A stretch of 64,000 bases of DNA from Antedon mediterranea (lineage: Eukaryota; Animalia; Echinodermata): contig NC_092670.1 of the NCBI RefSeq assembly GCF_964355755.1, forward strand, positions 19,702,795-19,766,794, in the 5' to 3' direction. This document shows positions 56,601 through 64,000 of this stretch, piece by piece. The notes below the pieces were generated by a model, which saw only the letters and a list, made by a program, of their open reading frames with translations, made no database searches and was not told the DNA's origin. Each line of letters starts with the position of its first letter. The stretch's first letter is position 1. Both the position numbers and the translations under genes were made by a program.

Positions 56601-58411
56601 TTCATCCATTTTAAATTAATTTTTTTCTTTGTAAATATGTTTCTAAACACACTAACCATGAAACTATACAGGAGATTATAAATCAAAAATGTTTTCTTCA
56701 AAATATTCAACCAGATATATTGTATGATTGCAGTACTAATTTTCCGATTTTAATTTGTTACTACAGTTTTTCATCTGACAATTCAGGATTATTTGTGGTG
56801 CATGATTTGAATCGTAAAACGAAGGAAGTCGTTGCACGTTGGTAATGAAGTGTTCTAGCTTTTTAGCATAGGTTACATATTATTCTTGCTTTGACCTCTT
56901 TTCTATTAAAAAAAAAAGGTTTTGAATTTCAAATAAATAACACTCATGTTGAATTTATGAGGCCTGTTCAGATGTTGAGTTAGGTTTTTAACATAGTGCC
57001 TATGTAATATAATTTGTATATTATGTAGGCTGATTATAGGCATACACAGGAATAGAGTACTATACAAATTAAGTCTTTCCCATTGTTTGCATAAAGGGAA
57101 AACAAGTTTCTTATCTTTTTCTTCCATGATTTAAGCCAATAAGAAACACACCATCGCTCTCCAACCGTAAAACTGACACTGTTAAAATCCTCTGTGATAC
57201 AATAGCAATGACACTTGATTACCTGATGTGCATTTTATTATATCAATTGACGAAACAAACTCTCAGATGTCAAAAAAATAATTACAATGTATACATTAGT
57301 AATTATTCTAAAAATATAGAATGACTTGGGGGACTTTACCTGCCAAAATATCTTTTAAAACAATCATTATACAAACAATGTGTAAAACATAATAAAAATA
57401 TGTTTTTTATAATTACAAACTTGAATCATATTCTCCTTAGTGGTGGATATATGCATGACAAAACCTTATATGGACCTAGCACACTACACTCCGTACTACA
57501 ATGCACAACAAAATACTTTTAATTCCTTTGCCAAATATATTGATTTTTTGATTTTCGGAAATCTCTAGAGTCTAATCTTTATCATTTTAAAATTAAAAAG
57601 ATGATTAATTATCAGAAAATTATATTTGAGAGAGTCACGCATGGTGAAGCTTTAATGAGTATTTTTATATCTGGCTATAAAAAATAATATTATTTCCTAA
57701 ATAGTGTATCAATATCTATTATCTTTTATGAAGATGTATTGTATTTAAATTTAAACTATTGTAACACTGTAATGTAGTAAATGTTGTGAATTGGAAAAGT
57801 AATTTCAATTAAAATATATCACTCTATACGACTCAATTTTAATTTGCCGCTCAATATAAATTTTAATATGAACATATAACCTCATTATTTACATAGTTAC
57901 TGTATGCTGCATCCACGTTCAGTAGTTGTGTACTGATTTTTAATGCAGTGCAGTTTACAAATTGAAACAAAATTTGAAGAACAATCTCACCAACAAACGT
58001 TCGCTAATGAGGAGGTTTTTTCTACATGATTCCAAACTGTGCATTGTTTATATATTATCTTATGTTGTTTGTTATGATATAGAAAAATTAATTATTGAAG
58101 AATAAAGTGCACATGTCCTTTTTTTTAGTTCACAGTGTAATTTTATATGCCAGATTATTCCAGTGTATCTTTGATGGATTATTTCAGAAAGGTAAGCTAA
58201 TTGCAAGTTTGACTATGTGTAACATTTAAAAGGACTCATTACCATTCTAGCATTCACATTTAAGATGGCCGACTTATATCACTACCGTACAACTTATACA
58301 TTCATTATCATAACAAGAACTCTCTTATTTGTGTGTTGAATTAGCGGAAACGGACATATACGCACATTCATTGAGAACTCTTTAGTATGCATGATGTCAG
58401 ATATCGCTATA

Positions 58412-61400
58412 GGCTCAGGCTCACTATACCAACACGAATATGAAAAACCAATGTCGCCTATAATTACTGTGTTATATATTTAAAACTATGCACTAAAAGT
58501 GTGATTTAAAGCGTTATGACGGTACAGGAAACGTTATTCTTTGTATTGGCCAAGTTTCATTTTGAAAATCCTTGCCCTTAAAAAATAATGTCACTTTAAA
58601 CTTCATGATATGACACAAAACCGCCTGTCGCCGGCCAATTTCATAATATTCACTAGTGTAAAAATTAAATATAATCCCATTTATCATTGTAAATACTGTA
58701 TATTTTGGAGCCTTACCTATACGTTTAATGCATGTAAGTGAAATTTTGACAAAAAATGAGTTTTATTTAAAAAAATTCTTCAATTAAATATGTCGCACAA
58801 ATGACGTAACTTACGTTACAGACTTTAAAAAATGCATTAAATATCAATTAATAATTACCTATAAAAGTGTTTTTCTTCGTATTATATGTGATTTGTACTC
58901 TTGATAACGATTATATTGCTTGCGCGGATGAAATATAATGTAAATACGTTATAAAATTGCCTGGAAAGTGGTAATGAAAAACGATTGGTTAAGCGATGTA
59001 ACCTACGTTACCCCATTTCTTCTTAGGATCCGGTTTGTGTACACACATGTTATAATAATTTATAAGATTAGTTACGTCAAGTTTAATTTTAAACTGATTA
59101 TTTTGTTGTTGTTTTAAGATTTAATTATTTGAGCCTTTGAAGTTCATTTGAAATTTACGTTATGGTAACTTACGTTACCATATATATTGTTACTGATGAG
59201 TAATAATATTGTGGACATTTCTAAGGAATACAGATATTCTTATGATCAAGAAAACGCCCTCTGATACAATAAAAAGTTTTAACCACGTGATTCGGCAGAC
59301 AGCGGCAATTTTGACCACGTTTTTATAAATACTTCTTCACAATTTCATAGTTTATTCGTCATATATCAGATTTTCGAGTATATTTTAGTAAGTATTCAAA
59401 TGCTTAATTCACTAAAGATCATTTAGAACAACTTTCCTAATGTTTATAATTTAGGAAATTAGACAGATATGCAAGTATGTTATTACATTGTACAATTTAC
59501 ACTAGTAAGCTAGCATAGGCAACAACGTAACGTAAATTACACTACATGTAACGTAGGTTACCATTTTATATACCTCATTTCTAAGACGTCTTGTTTTTTT
59601 TCTACTCAGTATATTCAAATAATTTAAGTTATATTATACAGGCAATAATGAACATTACCTCCAACCGGAGTTGATTTTATTTAGGGTTATTTTATGGGAA
59701 GTTTCTTTGCCCTTGATACTATGGTAACGTAAGTTTCACATTGATGTTGTATGTCTATGTTGTTGTAACATTACCGAACATAGCAATGATATTAAGATAA
59801 TATCTGTGTATATATGTTTATGAATATTCATTGTCAAACGTATGTCATGTACCTGGATACATCTTGTTTCATTGTAATATCGATACTCACAAGTATTAAT
59901 AGTAAGTTCATGGTAACGTAAGTTACATAATTTACTACATACAAAGTCAATGTATTTTTTTACATTATGGTTATTTAAAATGTAAAAATATAGTTTACTA
60001 TTTGTTTATTTCGATTTAATACTAATACATGTTGTTAAACACTAGGTGACACTGGTGATAATGGTAAAGTCACGAGCCGAGATTCAGGCAGCGTATCGGG
60101 AACGACAAAAAAAGAAGCGAGGAGCAGAGTACTTGCAAGCAGAAGCAAGACGTGCAATAAAATACTATGTTCCGTCAGCAGAACTTACAACAAAAGATAG
60201 AAATGCACGGAGAGCGACGGTGAAAAGAAGAGTACAGAAACATTGAAGGTACGTGAAGCAAGTTCAAGCCCAACTACAAGTACAACACCCAGAAGAAGCT
60301 GACGAACCTAGTAGTAGTAATGATGATTCAGCCATATCTTCCGATGTGGTTTCACCAACTTCTCCTCTACGCATCAAGATGTCGTTTAAGAGACGTATTT
60401 CTACTCGAAAACGTGTTGGCAGAGCACTAAGTCGAGCCCATCGTCGCATCGAAAAATTAAATCTGGAGTTACAGAAAATGACCATACAAAAAAAAACCAT
60501 AAACAAGCGCTATGAAAGAGCTTTGAAGAAAGTAAATAAGAATTGCATCCCATCTACCAGTCATGACTCGTCCATGAGTAGTACTGACTATCCAAGATCG
60601 AAAGCAAATCAGGATTTACGAAATGCAGGTAGGTCACGAATGAATGTACTGTTTTATTCACGCATAATTATTATTAATAATGATAATATTGGCTATTTAT
60701 AATATAGAGCAAATATCCACAAAATGTACTCAAGGCCTTATAATTGATAACTTGTTCCATGTCGTGTATGGTGATGTGAATATACGTATTTTCTTTTTCT
60801 GCCCATTACATGCCGCTTAAACCATTATCTTCCTGAACATATCAATTGAGATAATATTTAAATATTCTAAACCGTACTTAATTTAGTATTGATGTAATTT
60901 CCAATTTTCTAGGTATGTCACCAAGATCAGTACCCAAAGGGTTGAAAAAACAACTCCTGCTTTCACATGCACTGCTCGATGAAATAAGAGAGAGCACAGA
61001 GATAAATCAAGGGCAGAAGGCCAGAAGAATGATTAGCAATGTTCTATCTGGAAAGATAATCAAGAAATACAGGTTAATCGCGCGTGTTTCAAGGGAGTCG
61101 GGCCTTGGTCAACGTAACCTATCCAAGACAAAAAAGCAAGGAATCACAGCTGCGAAGTATGTAAAAAAGGCGTGGGGAGTTCTTCATAATGAAGTATTAG
61201 GCTTCATGGAAAGAGATGACAACTCCAGGATGATGCCAGGAAAACGAGATGCCTGCAAAACATCTTCTACCAAAGAAAAACGCCAGATAAGATACCTCAA
61301 TGATTACATGATGAACTTGTTTGCCAAGTACAAAAGTGAAAATCCCGAGCAACGGAAGGTTTCTTTTTCCTCGTTTAAGAAAATCCGACAAAGAAATGCT

Positions 61401-62503
61401 AACTTGTCAAATTCACAGCAAGAAACACAAGTCTTTGCCAAAAACATCAGAACTTTGCCCTTCAGTTAAACGTATTAAAATCTCTAGGTGTGATCACAAT
61501 CACAAGCCCCGATGAAGCAATCAAATCAATTAATTGAAACATTAAAGGAAATGTAACTTACGTTACTAAGAAAGTTGAGACTGATATAAGCATTAGGCCA
61601 AGCAACTGTAAAGTTCACAGAATTATAATAAATAATAATAATCATATTAACCAAAACAATAGTATGTACACTAGCATTATAAAACTCACTAATTTACATT
61701 TTCATATGGGAGTTTTTATGAATAAATATATATTTATACATATAAAATATGCATTGAATTAATAGAAGATAAAAAAAAAGGATGATTTAATGAAACATAT
61801 AATCTGTTTGCCTACTAAAGTGATGGCAATGATCTAAAATACCAATGAGGTTTATTGTTAAAAGTTACAAATGTTGTTTTTATTTAACTATTTTGATGAC
61901 GAATTCATCTTTCAATTCAGTAATTTACGTTACTGAATACGTAATTTACGTTACTCAATTGTAACACAGTATACATTTTCTAAGAAAGATAACACCAGTT
62001 TTGTCATATGACTATTTAATAGAGTACAATAATGAGTGTTAATTTATGTGAATTTAAGACAGGAATGTATGCGGACATACAAGAAATCAACAACAACCTT
62101 TGATTGACGACTCATTTTATTATGGATGTTAATAAAGTATAAACTATAAAATACAATATGTATTAGTGAATGTAACAATATGTAAGTTATTATACATGTT
62201 TTTGTTTGATTTCATACACTATTTTATAGTTTTATATTCATAGAAATATAATATTGTTGCCTTTATAATCGTTTACATTGAAAGTCGAAAATAAAACATG
62301 TAACGTAGGTTACAACCACGATTCCAGTTGCGATCATTCATTTTGTTGACAATTTTACATTGATAAATATTATGTGAGGAAAATAACAGAGAAGTAAATA
62401 TAGATGTTGCACTTTAGTTTAGTAACAATTATAAAATGTTTCGTCAACATTTGTTTTTGAGAATTTTCATTTCCTAATGTTGCTAATATACTGAGCCCGA
62501 GCC
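58412..62503 (+). mobile_element. Internally deleted DNA transposon, Sola2-like (tentative)
   Basis: TIR GGCTCAGGCTCACTATA / TATACTGAGCCCGAGCC; TATA on both flanks; decayed transposase N-terminus with FMERDDNSRMMPGKRD..RQIRYLNDY..NLFAKYK.E.P..VSFSSF..R and a degenerate CxCxxHxN (SLCQKHQN); no catalytic domain. Confidence 0.7.
60061..61535 (+). pseudogene. Transposase pseudogene, two exons (60061-60628 and 60913-~61535)
   Basis: ORFs 60046/60253/60915 join across an in-frame TGA (60244-60246) and a GT-AG intron 60629-60912; frameshift near 61390; C-terminally truncated. Confidence 0.72.
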
Positions 62504-63491
62504 TATAACCTATACATTTATCATAACTAAAAGAAACTCTTTCAAGTTACTTAACATGTGTTCATTGATGAGAACTCATTACTGTAATCTACTATCATTC
62601 ATGTCAGATATCACTAAAACCTATTCATCTACTTATCATACATTTATTCGTTGCCCAAGTGAAAAGATTTGAAAATTGAAATGATAATGATAAACGAATA
62701 TTAAATCTACGGTAGTCGTCTCACCTGCTGTGCAGTATATTCAATACAATATCAAGATAAATTTTTAAAATTACCTATATGCCGTCTTCCGATAGCGCAC
62801 ACAGCGTATATATTTTGTCTAATATTATTTTAGTTTTTTTAGGATAGTTACATCTAAAAGGTATATATCATTTTGCATATTTTCCATATTCTATCAACTT
62901 TATGTATCAATATTTCAAATATAAATCTTCTAATCTCTTAACGCCTAAAGCATGTGTCTGTGCAATAACCCTAACAAATTTCAAATATATGCATTTGGAA
63001 TATAATTATGCTTTCACGTATAAATGACACATAGTCTCTCCATACAACCACGTTCTATTCTTGTGTACAGCAGTAGTTCAATGTAAGAAATATATAACAT
63101 ACATAGTACTAAAGAATTATAATACCAACATAGAGCTAATTTTATAATCAATTCTACCTTCTACTGCATAAAAAAAAAAAAAATTTAAATTGTTAAATTC
63201 TTTTTATATGTTTTCATCAAATATTTTCAATATTTTTTAAATCATCGTCAATGTATAGCATACCATTATCAGTAAAAACTTATTGTTAAAACAAGTAAAA
63301 TCTTATAGAAAAGAAATAAGAATTTAATCAAGTATAATTCACTTACATCCATATTATTGATTGATTATTGATTATTAACAATATCTATTTACAAATCTCC
63401 AGTTGCTTAATAGTAATTAGAGGTAATTACACTAAGTTAATCAATTAATCAATAAAGTTTATTACTATTGAGTGTAATTTAGCATGAGTTT

Positions 63492-63798
63492 AAATCAAGG
63501 TAAAAACCAATATTCTTTATAATCATAGTATTCCCCACAAATATTAAGGGGACAACAAAAAGAAAACAAACATGTTTGTTCAAAGGGGTGCCTCAAACTG
63601 AAATCAAGGTAAAAACCAATATTCTTTATAATCATAGTATTCCCCACAAATATTAAGGGGACAACAAAAAGAAAACAAACATGTTTGTTCAAAGGGGTGC
63701 CTCAAACTGAAATCAAGGTAAAAACCAATATTCTTTATAATCATAGTATTCCCCACAAATATTAAGAGGACAACAAAAAGAAAACATGTTTGTTCAAA
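63492..63798 (+). repeat. 109-bp tandem repeat, ~2.8 near-identical copies
   Basis: Units start at 63492, 63601 and 63710 (AAATCAAGGTAAAAACCAATATTC...). Confidence 0.92.
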
Positions 63799-64000
63799 TA
63801 TGTAAATCTATTTTGTACTAGAACATTTTTTCATAACCAAAGGGCATGCTTTCAAAATTATTCAATACTTAACCATTTGTACATCTACAGATAGAAATAT
63901 TCAGTATATATTTTGTATATATTTCATATACAAAAGAATATTTTTAATGGAAAATCTGTAACTTAATACTACAAATAATTACAACATCATTACCAATAAA

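Overview
AT-rich animal genomic DNA, probably a marine invertebrate with deuterostome-like proteins (taxon is inference). It holds three spliced minus-strand protein-coding genes that I rebuilt exon by exon with consistent GT-AG phases. (1) A 15-exon, ~445-aa RUN-PDZ-PTB adaptor-like gene (22065->2140), whose last 19 codons lie beyond an 11.5-kb intron. (2) MOSMO (25586->24396; 3 exons, 169 aa). (3) Rbfox/Fox-1 (53672->31071; 9 coding exons, ~407 aa). Its 93-nt RRM exon has UGCAUG Rbfox sites at both splice sites, and a frameshifting donor lies 13 nt downstream, which suggests an autoregulatory splicing switch. Mobile DNA is diverse: a young 5'-truncated Penelope-like retroelement with 443-bp inverted repeats, a TSD and hammerhead-like motifs; an IS3EU-like non-autonomous element with a 6-bp TSD just upstream of gene 1; a Harbinger derivative nested in a Kolobok-like element; a 4.1-kb internally deleted Sola2-like transposon carrying eleven 14-bp palindromes; Harbinger and pogo-like MITEs; tRNA-SINEs; CR1/L2 3' ends; 23-24-bp CAGGGA..TCCCTG hairpin insertions; and several tandem arrays. 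No CRISPR array, rRNA or genuine tRNA was found. All coordinates were counted by hand and TE superfamily labels come from recalled terminus/TSD rules, not database searches.
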